Of a stretch of 64,000 bases of DNA, positions 27,881 to 38,858 are shown in pieces (positions within the stretch are counted from its first letter, which is position 1; each line of letters starts with the position of its first letter). A program made the translations under genes and the position numbers. Source of the stretch: Oscillospiraceae bacterium (GTDB taxonomy: Bacteria; Bacillota; Clostridia; Oscillospirales; Oscillospiraceae); the NCBI GenBank assembly GCA_015067545.1, contig SVMG01000008.1, forward strand, positions 8,390-72,389, read 5' to 3'. Under the pieces are notes generated by a model. The model saw only the letters and a program-made list of their open reading frames with translations, had not been told where the DNA came from and did not search any database.

Positions 27881-29758
27881 TTACTTCATCAATTTGCACA
27901 CCAGGGCAGTATACTCCGCAGGATTCTCCAGTGGCAGATCTGCCATCAGCTGAGCCTGGCAGCAAAGCAGACGGGCATAGTCCTTGGCTTTTTCCACATC
28001 GGTGGTAACTGCCGCGATCATAGCCTTGACCGCTTCATGCTCTGCATTCAGCTCCAGGATCCGGCCAACGGAGAACGCAAAATCGGGATTTGCCCGCTTC
28101 ATATACTTCTCCATTTCAAAGCTCATGCCCGCATCAGGAGTCATAGCTACGGGAGCATCGCCCAAATTGCCGGAGAGCTTTACTTCCTTGACCTGATCGC
28201 CAAGCGTCTCCTTGACGAAGGTCAGCATTCCCTTCAGTTCCTCCGCCTTGTTCTCCAGTTCCTTTTTCTCTTCTTCTGTCTGTAATTCCAGATCTTCAGA
28301 AGAAACATTGCAGAAGGACTTTTCCGCATAGCTCATGAGGCTTTGGGGGATGAACTCATCCACATCCTCGGTAAACAGCAGAACATCGTAGCCCTTTTTC
28401 TCCAGTGCCTTGACCTGGGGCAGCTGTGCCAGCCGCTCCTTATTCTCACCAGGGGCAAAATAGATCTTCTCCTGTCCCTCAGTCATGGAATCCACGTATT
28501 CCTTGAGGGTGATGAACTTGCCCTGCTGATTGCTCCAGAACAGCAGCAGATCCTGCACCGCATCCTTGTGTGCGCCGTAATCCGCCACCGCGCCGTACTT
28601 CAGCTGACGGCCAAACACGCCGTAGAATTCCTCGTACTTCTCCCGTTCATTCTCCAGCAGATTCTTCAGCTCACCCTTGATCTTCTTCTCAATGCCCCGG
28701 GCAATGATGCTCAGCTGACGGTTGTGCTGGAGCATTTCCCGGCTGATGTTCAGGGAAAGATCCTGGCTGTCCACGATACCGCGAACGAAACGGAAGTGCT
28801 CGGGAAGCAATTCCTCGCAGGACTCCATGATCATCACGCCGGCGCTGTACAGCTGCAGCCCCCGCTTAAAATCCTTGGTGTAGAAATCAAAGGGTGCTTT
28901 GCCGGGGATATACAGCAGCGCCTTGAAGCTAACACTGCCCTCGCTGTTTATGTGCATGGTGGACAGGGGCTTGTTGTAGTCAAAGAACTTCTCCCGATAG
29001 AAGGTCTCGTACTCCTCATCAGTAACATCCTTTTTGTTTCTCTGCCAGATGGGTATCATAGAGTTGAGCGTCTCTTCTTCAAAGTATTCTTCGTATTCCT
29101 CAGAATCCTCTTTCTTCCGGGACTTGGAGACCTCCATCTTGATGGGATAGCGGATATAGTCGGAGTACTTGCGGATCAGGCCGCGCAGGCGGTACTCTTC
29201 CAGAAACTCGGAATACTTTTCGTCCTCGGTATCGGCCTTGACGGTCATGATCACATCCGTGCCGGGATAGGCCCGCTCTGCCTCTTCGATGGTGTATCCG
29301 TCCGCGCCGTCGGACACCCAGCGGAAGGCTTTGTCAGAGCCGTATTTTTTGGAAATAACAGTAACAGACTCCGCCACCATAAAGGCAGAATAGAAGCCCA
29401 CACCAAACTGACCGATGATATCGATATCCTCCTGCTTTTCCATGGACTGCTTGAAGCCCAAGGAACCGGACTTGCAGATGGTGCCCAAATTCTCCTCCAT
29501 TTCCTCACGGCTCATGCCGATGCCGTTGTCGGAAACGGTGATGGTACGCGCAAGCTCATTGCGGGTGATCGTGATAGCGAAATCCTCCCGGTTAAGTCCC
29601 ACCTTATCATCGGTCAGGGCTGTGTATGCCAGCTTATCGATGGCATCGCTGGCATTGCTGATGATCTCTCTCAGGAATATCTCCTTATGGGTGTAGATGG
29701 AGTTGATCATCAGATCCAGCAGTCGCTGGGATTCCGCTTTGAATTGCATTTTTTCCAT
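27881..29758 (-). CDS. htpG: Hsp90 chaperone HtpG
   Basis: FKAESQRLL, EIFLREIISNASDA, SDNGIGM, IGQFGVGFYSAF, LNISRE. Confidence 0.98.
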   Translation of the reverse strand: MEKMQFKAESQRLLDLMINSIYTHKEIFLREIISNASDAIDKLAYTALTDDKVGLNREDFAITITRNELARTITVSDNGIGMSREEMEENLGTICKSGSLGFKQSMEKQEDIDIIGQFGVGFYSAFMVAESVTVISKKYGSDKAFRWVSDGADGYTIEEAERAYPGTDVIMTVKADTEDEKYSEFLEEYRLRGLIRKYSDYIRYPIKMEVSKSRKKEDSEEYEEYFEEETLNSMIPIWQRNKKDVTDEEYETFYREKFFDYNKPLSTMHINSEGSVSFKALLYIPGKAPFDFYTKDFKRGLQLYSAGVMIMESCEELLPEHFRFVRGIVDSQDLSLNISREMLQHNRQLSIIARGIEKKIKGELKNLLENEREKYEEFYGVFGRQLKYGAVADYGAHKDAVQDLLLFWSNQQGKFITLKEYVDSMTEGQEKIYFAPGENKERLAQLPQVKALEKKGYDVLLFTEDVDEFIPQSLMSYAEKSFCNVSSEDLELQTEEEKKELENKAEELKGMLTFVKETLGDQVKEVKLSGNLGDAPVAMTPDAGMSFEMEKYMKRANPDFAFSVGRILELNAEHEAVKAMIAAVTTDVEKAKDYARLLCCQAQLMADLPLENPAEYTALVCKLMK

Positions 29759-29784
29759 TGTGCTGATTCGCTCCTTTGTATTAT

Positions 29785-29811
29785 TTAGCACTCTTTCTCT
29801 CCGAGTGCTAA
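29785..29811. promoter_or_regulatory. CIRCE element (HrcA operator)
   Basis: TTAGCACTC-N9-GAGTGCTAA, an exact consensus match, 27 nt upstream of the htpG ATG. Confidence 0.97.
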
Positions 29812-30032
29812 TATTATAGCACGCCATTTTTAAAATGCAACCCCTCTTAAAAAAGTTCTTCATTTATTCACATTTGACCACAACAGCATTTTTACCCAAA
29901 TTCTTACAAATTCCCCCTTGAATATTGGGCGTATTTTTCTGGAAAACCAGTTGCTTTTTTTCTGTATGCAATGCTATAATAATGCTGATATATCCCGCGC
30001 AATAGAAAAAGAATAAAGTGAGGTATTTCTTG

Positions 30033-30998
30033 ATGATCGCGTATGGAGAAAACATTCAGGTCTTCTGCGGCAATTCCAACCCCGAATTTGCCAAAACCAT
30101 CTGCAAGGAGCTGGGCATCACCCTGGGCGACAGCGATGTGAAAACCTTCGCCGACGGCGAAGCATCCGTCAGTCTCAACGAGACTGTCCGCGGCGCTGAC
30201 GTTTTTTTGGTTCAGTCCACCTGCAAGCCCGTCAATGACCATCTGATGGAGCTGCTGGTCATGATCGACGCCTGCCGCCGTGCATCCGCCGGCCGTATTA
30301 CCGCCGTCATTCCCTACTTCGGCTACGCCCGTCAGGACCGTAAGGCCAAGAGCCGCGACCCCATCTCTGCCAAGCTGGTGGCCAACATGATCACCGCCGC
30401 CGGTGCAAACCGGGTGCTGACCATGGATCTTCATGCTGCACAGATCCAGGGCTTCTTCGATATTCCTGTGGATCATCTGCTGGGAAATCCCACTTTCTAT
30501 AATTACTTCACCACCAAATTCCCCGAGGAGAGCAACAATTACGAGGATTTTGTGATCGTCTCTCCTGACGTCGGCTCTGTGGGCCGCGCCCGTACCTTCG
30601 CCAAGAAGCTGCACATGGGCCTTGCCATCGTTGACAAGCGCCGTCCCAAGGCAAACGTATCCGAGGTCATGAACATCATTGGCGACGTCAAGGGCAAGAC
30701 CTGCATTTTGTACGATGACCTGGTGGATACCGCCGGTTCCCTGTGCAATGCTGCCAAGGCACTGGTGGAAGTGGGCGGTGCTAAGGAAATTTACGCCTGT
30801 GCAACCCACGGCGTTCTGTCCGGCCCTGCTTATGACCGCATTGAAGAAAGCCCCATTAAGGAAATGGTCTTCCTCAACACCATTCCCCAGGTTGGCAACA
30901 CAGCCAGCAACAAGCTGGTGTACCTGGATGTGGCTCCCGTGTTTGCCCACGCCATCAACCACGTCCACGGCGGCACATCCATTGCGGATCTGTTCTAA
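30033..30998 (+). CDS. prs: Ribose-phosphate pyrophosphokinase
   Basis: FADGE, PYFGYARQDRK, DLHAAQIQGFF, SPDVG, YDDLVDTAGSL. Confidence 0.97.
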   Translation: MIAYGENIQVFCGNSNPEFAKTICKELGITLGDSDVKTFADGEASVSLNETVRGADVFLVQSTCKPVNDHLMELLVMIDACRRASAGRITAVIPYFGYARQDRKAKSRDPISAKLVANMITAAGANRVLTMDLHAAQIQGFFDIPVDHLLGNPTFYNYFTTKFPEESNNYEDFVIVSPDVGSVGRARTFAKKLHMGLAIVDKRRPKANVSEVMNIIGDVKGKTCILYDDLVDTAGSLCNAAKALVEVGGAKEIYACATHGVLSGPAYDRIEESPIKEMVFLNTIPQVGNTASNKLVYLDVAPVFAHAINHVHGGTSIADLF

Positions 30999-31000
30999 GT

Positions 31001-31594
31001 ATGTTTGGTAAAAAAAGCGAAGACTGGCTGATCGTCGGTCTCGGTAATCCCGGCAAGGAATATGAAAAGACCCGGCACAATGCCGGTTGGCGTGCCATTG
31101 ATCTGATTGCTGAGAAACTTGGCTGCAAGATCGATAAGGCCAAATTCCAGGGACTGTACGGACAGACAAAATATGCCGGAGGAAAGCTATTTCTTTTGAA
31201 ACCGCTGACCTATATGAATCTGTCCGGCCGTTCTGTTTTGCAGCTGTCTGCCTATTTCCATATACCGCCTCAGCGGATCATCGTCTTGTTTGACGACATT
31301 TCCCTGGAGCCCGGTCGGCTGCGCATCCGATCAGACGGCTCTGCCGGTGGACACAACGGCATCAAGTCCATCATTGGCGAGCTGGGAAGTCAGGACTTCC
31401 CCCGGGTGAAGATCGGCGTGGGTGCCAAAGCGCACCCGGAGCAGGATCTTGCCGACTGGGTGCTCTCATCCATGTCCGCATCCGAGGAAAAAGCGCTTGT
31501 CTCTGCCCTGGATCGGGCTGCTGATGCCGCCCTGTGCATCATCGATAAAGGTGTGCCGGAGGCGGCGAACCGCTTTAACGGAAGCAAACCGTAA
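31001..31594 (+). CDS. pth: Peptidyl-tRNA hydrolase
   Basis: LIVGLGNPG, TRHNAG, KPLTYMNLSG, GSAGGHNGIKS. Confidence 0.97.
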   Translation: MFGKKSEDWLIVGLGNPGKEYEKTRHNAGWRAIDLIAEKLGCKIDKAKFQGLYGQTKYAGGKLFLLKPLTYMNLSGRSVLQLSAYFHIPPQRIIVLFDDISLEPGRLRIRSDGSAGGHNGIKSIIGELGSQDFPRVKIGVGAKAHPEQDLADWVLSSMSASEEKALVSALDRAADAALCIIDKGVPEAANRFNGSKP

Positions 31595-31663
31595 ATATTG
31601 TCTAAAAACCACGGAAAGGGGGGTATTTTCCCCCTTTCCGCATTGTTACGTGGAGGAAAAACC

Positions 31664-34600
31664 ATGGAAAATCTGCTTTCTCTTCTCAAATCCATGCCGG
31701 AATACAGCACCTTGGTGGACTGCGTATCCCGTGGGGAAAGTGCGTCCATTACCGGCATCGGTCAAATGAACCGCAGCCACATGATCGCCGCCCTGCGCGC
31801 CGATACCGCTGCGCCCATTGTGATCCTGTGTCAGGACGATATGGCAGCCAAACGGCTGCAGGAAGAATTAAAAGCGTTCTTGGAGCAAGCTTTTCCTGTC
31901 CTCCCCAACCGGGAGTTGACTCTCTACGATACCGCCGTTGTCAGCCGTGCGTGGGAGCAGAAACGCCTGCGGCAGCTCTATGAGCTGATGCAGGGACAAA
32001 CTGCCCTGCAGATCATGTCCTGGGAGGCCATGAGCCAACGCACCATGCCCCCAAGCGTACTGGCAGGCTGTGCTTTTACCCTGGAAGTGGGAAAGGAATA
32101 CGATCTGAACACCCTTGCCGCCCGACTGTCCGGTGCTGGCTACAGCCGCACCAGTATGGTGGAAGGCCCCGGCCAATTTGCTGTTCGCGGCGGCATTTTG
32201 GACATCTTCTCCCCTGCCGCTGACCTGCCTGTGCGGGTAGAATTCTTTGGTGAAGAACTGGACACCATGGGCTATTTTGATCCCGACACTCAGCGGCGGA
32301 CAGAGAATATCTCTTCCATTGTGATCCTGCCCGTAGGTGAGACCCAGCCCCGTCTGCATCCCGGCGGATTGGAGGGGCTGTGCGCAGATCTGGAGAGCTT
32401 GATCGCCCGGCAAAAACGGCGCAAGAACCTGAATGAAGATCTGATCAAAACTCTTGAAAAGGATCTTGAAAAATATAAAAACGGGGTGCAAAACCCGGCA
32501 TCCGACCGCTATATGGCTCTCATTTATCCGGAAATGGCCACTGCTTGGGATTACATCCCCAAAAATGCAACCATCGTTCTGTGCGACCAAAGTGCTCTCA
32601 AGCGCACCGCGCGGACACGAATGGAAGAACTGGGTATGCAGCTGGATAGCCTCCTCCAGGGCGGTCTGCTGGCTGGTGAACTTTGTGATTACGCCTGTCA
32701 GTGGGAGGATTTTTGTGAAAAACTAACCGGGCGCACGGTCGTCTATTTCGATGCTTTCGGAGGCACCTCCTATCCCGAGGAGAATCCCCCCAAGCAGCTG
32801 CTGCCCATGACCGCAAAGCAGCTGCCCGGCTACGGCGGCAGTCTGGACACCGCCGCAACCGACCTTGCCCATTATCAGAAAATGGAATTCGCAAGCCTGG
32901 TGCTCTGCGGCACACGCCGTCGTGCGGAGCTTCTGCAGGAGCAGCTGAATGACCGTGGCCTTTCCGCCTTTTTGTGCATTCCCTTAACCACAATGCCCAA
33001 GCCCGGGCAGATCCTGCTGGCTGAGGGTACGCTCCCCTTCGGCATGGAATATCCCAACGCCAAAATCGCAATCCTCACCGAGGGCCAGCTGATCGCCAAG
33101 GCCGCGCCTAAGAAAAAAGCCAAGAAAACCGCCACCAACCGACAAAAGCTGAATTCTTTTACGGATTTGACTCCCGGCGATCTGGTGGTGCATGAAAACT
33201 ACGGCATTGGCCGCTTTGTTGCCATGGAGCAGATCAAGGTGGACGGCGCTGTAAAAGACTATGTCAAGATCGCCTATCAGGGCTCGGACACTCTGTTCGT
33301 CCCAGCCACTCAGCTGGATCTGGTAAGCAAGTACATCGGCTCCGGCGGCGAAGACGCAACAGTCAAACTTAACAAAATCGGCTCGGACGCTTGGCAAAAA
33401 ACCAAGACCAAGGCCCGGAAAGCCGCCAAGGACATGGCCGGCGAGCTGATCCAGCTTTATGCCGCCCGAAAGCGTCAGGAGGGCTATCCCTTCTCCGCCG
33501 ACTCTCCCTGGCAAAAAGAATTTGAAGACAACTTCCCTTATCCGGAGACCGACGATCAGCTGCGTTGCATCGCGGATATCAAATCGGATATGGAGTCCCC
33601 CACCCCCATGGATCGCCTGCTTTGCGGCGATGTGGGCTTCGGCAAAACCGAGGTTGCCCTTCGCGCCGTGATGAAAGCCATTATGGACGGCAAACAGGTA
33701 GCCATTCTCGTTCCCACAACCGTTCTCGCACAGCAGCATTATCAGACCGCTATCGCCCGTTTCCGGGGATTTCCGGTGAACATCGATGTGCTCAGCCGTT
33801 TCCGCAGCGCGGCGCAGCAGAAAAAGACCATCCAAAACCTGCGCAGCGGCGGCGTGGACCTGATCATCGGCACCCATAAGCTATTGCAGAAGTCCATTGA
33901 ATACAAGGATCTCGGCCTGCTGGTCATAGACGAAGAGCAGCGCTTTGGCGTCAGCCACAAGGAACGGCTGAAGGAGATCTCCAAGGGCGTGGATGTGCTG
34001 ACCCTTTCTGCCACTCCCATTCCCAGAACACTGAATATGGCCCTTTCCGGTATCCGGGATATGTCCACCATCGAAGAGCCTCCGGCTGACCGCTATCCGG
34101 TGCAGACCTTCGTAATGGAGCACAACAACGCCATTGTGGACGATGCCATCCGCCGTGAGATCGAGCGGGGCGGTCAGGTCTACTACCTGCACAATCGGGT
34201 GGAAACCATTGATCGGTGCGCCAGTGCCCTGCAAAAGCGCATCCCCGGCCTGTCTGTTGCGGTTGCCCACGGACAGATGAGCGAGGATGCTCTCAGCGAT
34301 GTGATGCAGGCCATGTCCGAGGGCGAGATCCAGGTGCTGGTGTGCACCACCATCATCGAAACCGGCCTGGATATTCCAAACGTGAACACCCTCATCATCG
34401 AAAACGCCGATCGCTTCGGCCTTTCTCAGCTTCATCAGCTTCGCGGCCGTGTAGGCCGCTCCACCCGGCATGCTTATGCCTACTTCACCTACCGTCCGGA
34501 CAAAAATCTGACGGAGGTGGCTGAAAAGCGGCTGTCCGCCATCCGGGATTTCGCGGAATTCGGCTCCGGCTTCAAGATCGCCATGCGCGACCTGGAGATC

Positions 34601-35176
34601 CGCGGCGCGGGCAATCTGCTGGGCGCTGAGCAGTCCGGCCATATGATGAGCGTGGGTTACGATATGTATCTGAAGCTATTGGACGAAGCAGTCCTGGAAG
34701 AAAAGGGCGAAAAGCCCAAAGAGCCCGACTGCACCGCCGATCTCAATGTCACCGCCAATGTCAGTCAGGACTATGTTGCCCGGGGCGAGGAACGGATGGA
34801 TCTTTACCGACGCATGGCTGCCATTCGCACACAGGAGGATGCAGACGACCTGCTGGACGAGATCATCGACCGTTACGGCGACCCTCCCAAGGGCGTGCTG
34901 AATCTCATAGATATTGCCCTCCTGCGTGCCGAAGCGCAGAAGCTCCATATCTGTGACATCCGGCAAAAGGCCGGCGAGGTGCTGCTTACCATGACCGAAA
35001 TGAACTTTGACGGCATCAGCCGCATTATCGGCGACAAGGATTACGCCAAGCGCATCCAACTGGTGGCCACAGCCAAGCAGCCCACCCTGCGGCTTAAGCT
35101 TGCCAGCGGTGTGGACAGCCTGCGGCAGACCAAGGTATTTCTTGAAAAGTATCGAAATTGCTGCATTCAGGGGTGA
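31664..35176 (+). CDS. mfd: Transcription-repair coupling factor
   Basis: CarD-like GDLVVHENYGIG, DRLLCGDVGFGKTEVA, DEEQRFGV, TLSATPIP, QLRGRVGR, TRCF C-terminal domain. Confidence 0.98.
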   Translation: MENLLSLLKSMPEYSTLVDCVSRGESASITGIGQMNRSHMIAALRADTAAPIVILCQDDMAAKRLQEELKAFLEQAFPVLPNRELTLYDTAVVSRAWEQKRLRQLYELMQGQTALQIMSWEAMSQRTMPPSVLAGCAFTLEVGKEYDLNTLAARLSGAGYSRTSMVEGPGQFAVRGGILDIFSPAADLPVRVEFFGEELDTMGYFDPDTQRRTENISSIVILPVGETQPRLHPGGLEGLCADLESLIARQKRRKNLNEDLIKTLEKDLEKYKNGVQNPASDRYMALIYPEMATAWDYIPKNATIVLCDQSALKRTARTRMEELGMQLDSLLQGGLLAGELCDYACQWEDFCEKLTGRTVVYFDAFGGTSYPEENPPKQLLPMTAKQLPGYGGSLDTAATDLAHYQKMEFASLVLCGTRRRAELLQEQLNDRGLSAFLCIPLTTMPKPGQILLAEGTLPFGMEYPNAKIAILTEGQLIAKAAPKKKAKKTATNRQKLNSFTDLTPGDLVVHENYGIGRFVAMEQIKVDGAVKDYVKIAYQGSDTLFVPATQLDLVSKYIGSGGEDATVKLNKIGSDAWQKTKTKARKAAKDMAGELIQLYAARKRQEGYPFSADSPWQKEFEDNFPYPETDDQLRCIADIKSDMESPTPMDRLLCGDVGFGKTEVALRAVMKAIMDGKQVAILVPTTVLAQQHYQTAIARFRGFPVNIDVLSRFRSAAQQKKTIQNLRSGGVDLIIGTHKLLQKSIEYKDLGLLVIDEEQRFGVSHKERLKEISKGVDVLTLSATPIPRTLNMALSGIRDMSTIEEPPADRYPVQTFVMEHNNAIVDDAIRREIERGGQVYYLHNRVETIDRCASALQKRIPGLSVAVAHGQMSEDALSDVMQAMSEGEIQVLVCTTIIETGLDIPNVNTLIIENADRFGLSQLHQLRGRVGRSTRHAYAYFTYRPDKNLTEVAEKRLSAIRDFAEFGSGFKIAMRDLEIRGAGNLLGAEQSGHMMSVGYDMYLKLLDEAVLEEKGEKPKEPDCTADLNVTANVSQDYVARGEERMDLYRRMAAIRTQEDADDLLDEIIDRYGDPPKGVLNLIDIALLRAEAQKLHICDIRQKAGEVLLTMTEMNFDGISRIIGDKDYAKRIQLVATAKQPTLRLKLASGVDSLRQTKVFLEKYRNCCIQG

Positions 35177-35297
35177 TTTAACCCTCTTCTTTACAGTAAT
35201 TTCATTCATTGGTAACGAAATGACATTGCAATTTGTGTAAAATGTGGTACAATACTCCTAGAATGCAAACACTGCGCGCGGCCCTGCCGCTGACAGA

Positions 35298-37247
35298 TTG
35301 GAGAGGTTTACTATTAACGATCAACATATTGACATTCCCCGCAGCGATGCTCCGGCCACGGAGCCTAACAAGGAGATGACCCAGCGGGTGCGTCTGGATA
35401 ATGCTGCGCAGGCTGCGCCCCGCCCCAGCGGTGCCCGGCCTGAAAATCCTCAGCGCAACCGCAAGAAGAAGCGCTGGTATATGACAAAGAAGGAAAAGAT
35501 CGTCTTGATCTCGTTGGCGTCCGTAACTGTAATACTGCTCGTTGCGGCGATCCTCATGATCACATCCATGTTTGCCGAACCCACGGACGACGGCAAGATC
35601 CTCAAGGGTGTTGTAGCCGCCGGTGTCAATCTTGGAGGCATGACTCCCGATGAGGCTGCCATTGCCCTGCAAGAGGCCACTGCCGATACATACTCAAAGC
35701 TGGACATGGTGGTAACAGTGTTGGATTCCCAGATCACCCTTTCTCCGGAAGATACCGGTGCCAGTCTGGATATTCAGGCCGTGATAGCGGATGCTTTCAA
35801 CTACGGCCGTACCGGCAGCCGCGCAGAACGGAATCAGGCGAAGAACAATGCACTGACCAATTCGGTGATCATCCCCATTACCCCCCATTTGAATCTGAAT
35901 ACGGACTTTATCCGCAGTGAGATCAACAAGCTGGGAACGCAGTTCAGCAGCACATTGCAGGATGCCTGGATCAAGCTCGAGGGGCAAAAGCCTCAGATGG
36001 GTGCCGGCAAACCGGACACCTCCAAGGTGTACCAAACCCTGACCATCTATGTGGGCACTGCTGAATACGGTCTGGATACCAACAAGCTGTACGAGCAGGT
36101 GCTGGAATACTACAACATCAACATTTTCCAGGTTGTTGGAACCTGTACTGTGCTGGCTCCCGAATCCATCGAAGATGAACTGTTGAACTACCACACAGAG
36201 CTGTACGAAGAGCCTGTGGATGCCCAGATGGACCCCGTCACTTACGAGGTAACCCCCGAGATCTACGGCTATGGCTTCGATCTGAACAAAGTCAAGGAGC
36301 AGATCGCCAAAACCCCCTACGGTCAGACCATCACCATCCCTGTGGGTTATCTGGCACCCAACATCACCAAGGAGCTGCTTGCAGGCAATTTGTTCCAGGA
36401 TGTCCTTGGCGCTCATGCATCGGCTCTGGGCGCGGAAACCGCATGGAACAGCAATGCTTACCAGGCCTGTGAAAAGCTGAACGGTCTGATCATCAAGGCC
36501 GGTGAAACCTTCTCCTTCAACGATGTTTTGGGAGAACTGACTGAAGAAAACGGCTATCAGGAAGCATTGGCCTACCGGGGCAATGTGGCACAGAAGGTCA
36601 TGGGCGGCGGCGTTACGCATGTTGCCAGTGTTCTGTACAACAGCGTGCTGGAAAGCGAGCTGGAGATTCTGGAGCGCCATAATCACACCTATGCCACCAA
36701 CTTTATCGAGGTGGGACGGGATGTATATGTAGCCGAAGGCAAGGAAGACTTCCGTTTCCGCAATAACCGCTCCGAGCCTATCCGCATTACAGCCGCAGTG
36801 ACCAACGGCAATATTTGCGTCAGCATTGAAGGAACGGACAACCGTAATTACAGTGTTGAGATCAGTGTCAAGGTGATCCGTACCATTCGGCCCGGAAAGC
36901 TGTACAATGTAATGGTCGCCGATAATCCCGGCGGATATAAAAACGGCCAGGAGCTTGTTGCCGGCGTAAACGGCTATGAGGTCGAGATCTACAATTCCTT
37001 GTATACCGATAGCAACGGCCAGCTGCAAAACAAATATCTGGTCAACACCTACACCTATGAGGCCCGGGATTCCGTGGTCGTGAAGCTGGAACAGAAGCCC
37101 ACTGAACCCCCCGCCTCCAGCACACCCTCCACTCCCTCCTCAAGTGCCCCCTCCTCCTCGACTCCCCCTGCTTCCAGCACGCCTTCTGAGCCTGCCTCCC
37201 AGCCTGCCAGCTCGGGAAGCAGCAGTGGCAACAACAATAATGACTAA
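35298..37247 (+). CDS. VanW family membrane-anchored protein with PG-binding repeats and Ser/Pro/Thr tail
   Basis: TM helix; FSFNDVLG, MGGGVTHVASVLYN, ERHNH, DFRFRNN VanW motifs; low-complexity C-terminus; TTG start uncertain. Confidence 0.85.
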   Translation: MERFTINDQHIDIPRSDAPATEPNKEMTQRVRLDNAAQAAPRPSGARPENPQRNRKKKRWYMTKKEKIVLISLASVTVILLVAAILMITSMFAEPTDDGKILKGVVAAGVNLGGMTPDEAAIALQEATADTYSKLDMVVTVLDSQITLSPEDTGASLDIQAVIADAFNYGRTGSRAERNQAKNNALTNSVIIPITPHLNLNTDFIRSEINKLGTQFSSTLQDAWIKLEGQKPQMGAGKPDTSKVYQTLTIYVGTAEYGLDTNKLYEQVLEYYNINIFQVVGTCTVLAPESIEDELLNYHTELYEEPVDAQMDPVTYEVTPEIYGYGFDLNKVKEQIAKTPYGQTITIPVGYLAPNITKELLAGNLFQDVLGAHASALGAETAWNSNAYQACEKLNGLIIKAGETFSFNDVLGELTEENGYQEALAYRGNVAQKVMGGGVTHVASVLYNSVLESELEILERHNHTYATNFIEVGRDVYVAEGKEDFRFRNNRSEPIRITAAVTNGNICVSIEGTDNRNYSVEISVKVIRTIRPGKLYNVMVADNPGGYKNGQELVAGVNGYEVEIYNSLYTDSNGQLQNKYLVNTYTYEARDSVVVKLEQKPTEPPASSTPSTPSSSAPSSSTPPASSTPSEPASQPASSGSSSGNNNND

Positions 37248-37248
37248 C

Positions 37249-37282
37249 AAAAAAGACTGCTGCGATTGCAGCAGTCTTTTTT
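37249..37282. terminator. Bidirectional terminator
   Basis: AAAAAAGACTGCTGC-GATT-GCAGCAGTCTTTTTT. Confidence 0.85.
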
Positions 37283-37288
37283 TGCAAT

Positions 37289-37714
37289 TTAATCCACAGC
37301 GCGGATATCCAGGTGGTAGTCCACCCTGCCGCCCTCGGTCTTCTCGATCTCAATGTCATACACAAGATCGATGCAGCCGCCCTCCGGCAGGATATCGAAA
37401 AACAGATGCCGTGTTGTCACAGTGATCATCAGCGCACCAAATTCCATTTGATAGAGGCTGTCATGGGACTGCCCCACGCAAAACTCCATGGTCGAGCGCA
37501 GCGGACCGGTCCGCGTCAAGGTCACCTTGTCCGGTTCTACCCGGAATGTAGTAGTCACGCCCTGCAAGCCGGTGAGATCGCTTTCCTGATAGGAAATATC
37601 CCAACCTCCGTTGGTAAATTCCATCGTTCCCTCGGTCACCAGCTCCATGACCTCCGGCTCCTGGTCATAATAGGACTGTTTGCCGGTTATAGACAGCAAC
37701 ACCTTATGCTTCAC
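37289..37714 (-). CDS. DUF1934 family protein
   Basis: MELVTEG, ISYQES, VTLTRTG, SLYQMEFG, LVYDIEI. Confidence 0.88.
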   Translation of the reverse strand: MKHKVLLSITGKQSYYDQEPEVMELVTEGTMEFTNGGWDISYQESDLTGLQGVTTTFRVEPDKVTLTRTGPLRSTMEFCVGQSHDSLYQMEFGALMITVTTRHLFFDILPEGGCIDLVYDIEIEKTEGGRVDYHLDIRAVD

Positions 37715-37800
37715 TGCACATCCTCCAAATCGCGGTTTTGCTTATTATACCACACATCAGGACAATGTGCAAGAAGCAGGAATACCTTCGCAGTTCAGCT

Positions 37801-38856
37801 TCAGAATACGATCTCCGAGCCCGTGGCAGCAGATTCATAGATCGCATTCAAAATCCGCATGATCTGGGTTCCCTCTTCGGCGTTCGGGATGCATTTGGCC
37901 TTGCCGGTGCAGCAATCCACAAAATGCCGGATCTCCGGAGTAAAAAGATCCGGGTCATCATAGATATTGGGCTCTGATTTCACAAAATGATTTGTTTCGT
38001 CGATGGTCAGCAAACGCAGATTTCCGTCTGTAAAGCTGATGCCGCCCTTTTCGCCCAGTATTTCCATGCGCGTTCCGGGGTCGACCGTATTGGCAATATG
38101 CGCCGCTTTGATATACAGATTCTTTCCGCCTTCAAAGGTAATATAGGCAGATGCAAAGCTCTCTACCGTTCTGGGAATGTACGTGTTGGAAACGGACTTA
38201 TAGCTGGCAGCTGCACTTTGAATTCTTTCCGGAAGGTCCTTGTTGACATCACTGGTAAAGCCTTTTACGCTCAGCACCTTGGGATAGCCCATAAAATACA
38301 GCATGAGGTCCAGCTGATGAATGGCCGCATCCATTAAAGAACCGCCGCCGGCCTTGGATTTATCCCGGAACCAGCCGCCGATCTGAGAGCAGTTTTCCAT
38401 GCGGGATGCTTCCGCATAATAAATCTGGCCCATTTTTCCGGCGTCAATGTACTGCTTGACATACTGATTGGAAGCAATAAAACGACAAACAAAGCCGTAC
38501 ATCAGTACCTTGCCAGCCTTTTTTGCAGCCTCTTCACATGCCAGCGCATCTTCATAAGTCAATGCCGGGGGCTTCTCGCAAAAAACATGCTTGCCTTTTT
38601 CAAGGGCATCCAGCACGATGGTTTTGTGGGTGAAGGTGGGAGTGACGATGCTGACTGCGTCCACCTCCGGGTCTGCCAGGATCTCGTGATAATCCGCGCA
38701 AAAATACGGAATGTTATATTCCTGTGCACGGCTCTTGGCAAGCTCCAGATTTTGGTCGCAGATCGCAACAACGCGCACATTGGGGATCTGCTGATAGGAG
38801 CTCAGATGGCAGGCAGAAATCGTACCTGCTCCGATAACCGCAACTTTCGTTTCCAA
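37801..38856 (-). CDS. Gfo/Idh/MocA family oxidoreductase
   Basis: VAVIGAG, VDAVSIVTP, HVFCEKP, GGGSLMDAAIHQLD; TTG start. Confidence 0.93.
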   Translation of the reverse strand: METKVAVIGAGTISACHLSSYQQIPNVRVVAICDQNLELAKSRAQEYNIPYFCADYHEILADPEVDAVSIVTPTFTHKTIVLDALEKGKHVFCEKPPALTYEDALACEEAAKKAGKVLMYGFVCRFIASNQYVKQYIDAGKMGQIYYAEASRMENCSQIGGWFRDKSKAGGGSLMDAAIHQLDLMLYFMGYPKVLSVKGFTSDVNKDLPERIQSAAASYKSVSNTYIPRTVESFASAYITFEGGKNLYIKAAHIANTVDPGTRMEILGEKGGISFTDGNLRLLTIDETNHFVKSEPNIYDDPDLFTPEIRHFVDCCTGKAKCIPNAEEGTQIMRILNAIYESAATGSEIVF

Positions 38857-38858
38857 AG

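Noticed and set aside
37160-37240. Low-complexity Ser/Pro/Thr/Asn tail of VanW as a functional repeat array
   Set aside because: Ordinary disordered linker, common in Firmicute surface proteins.
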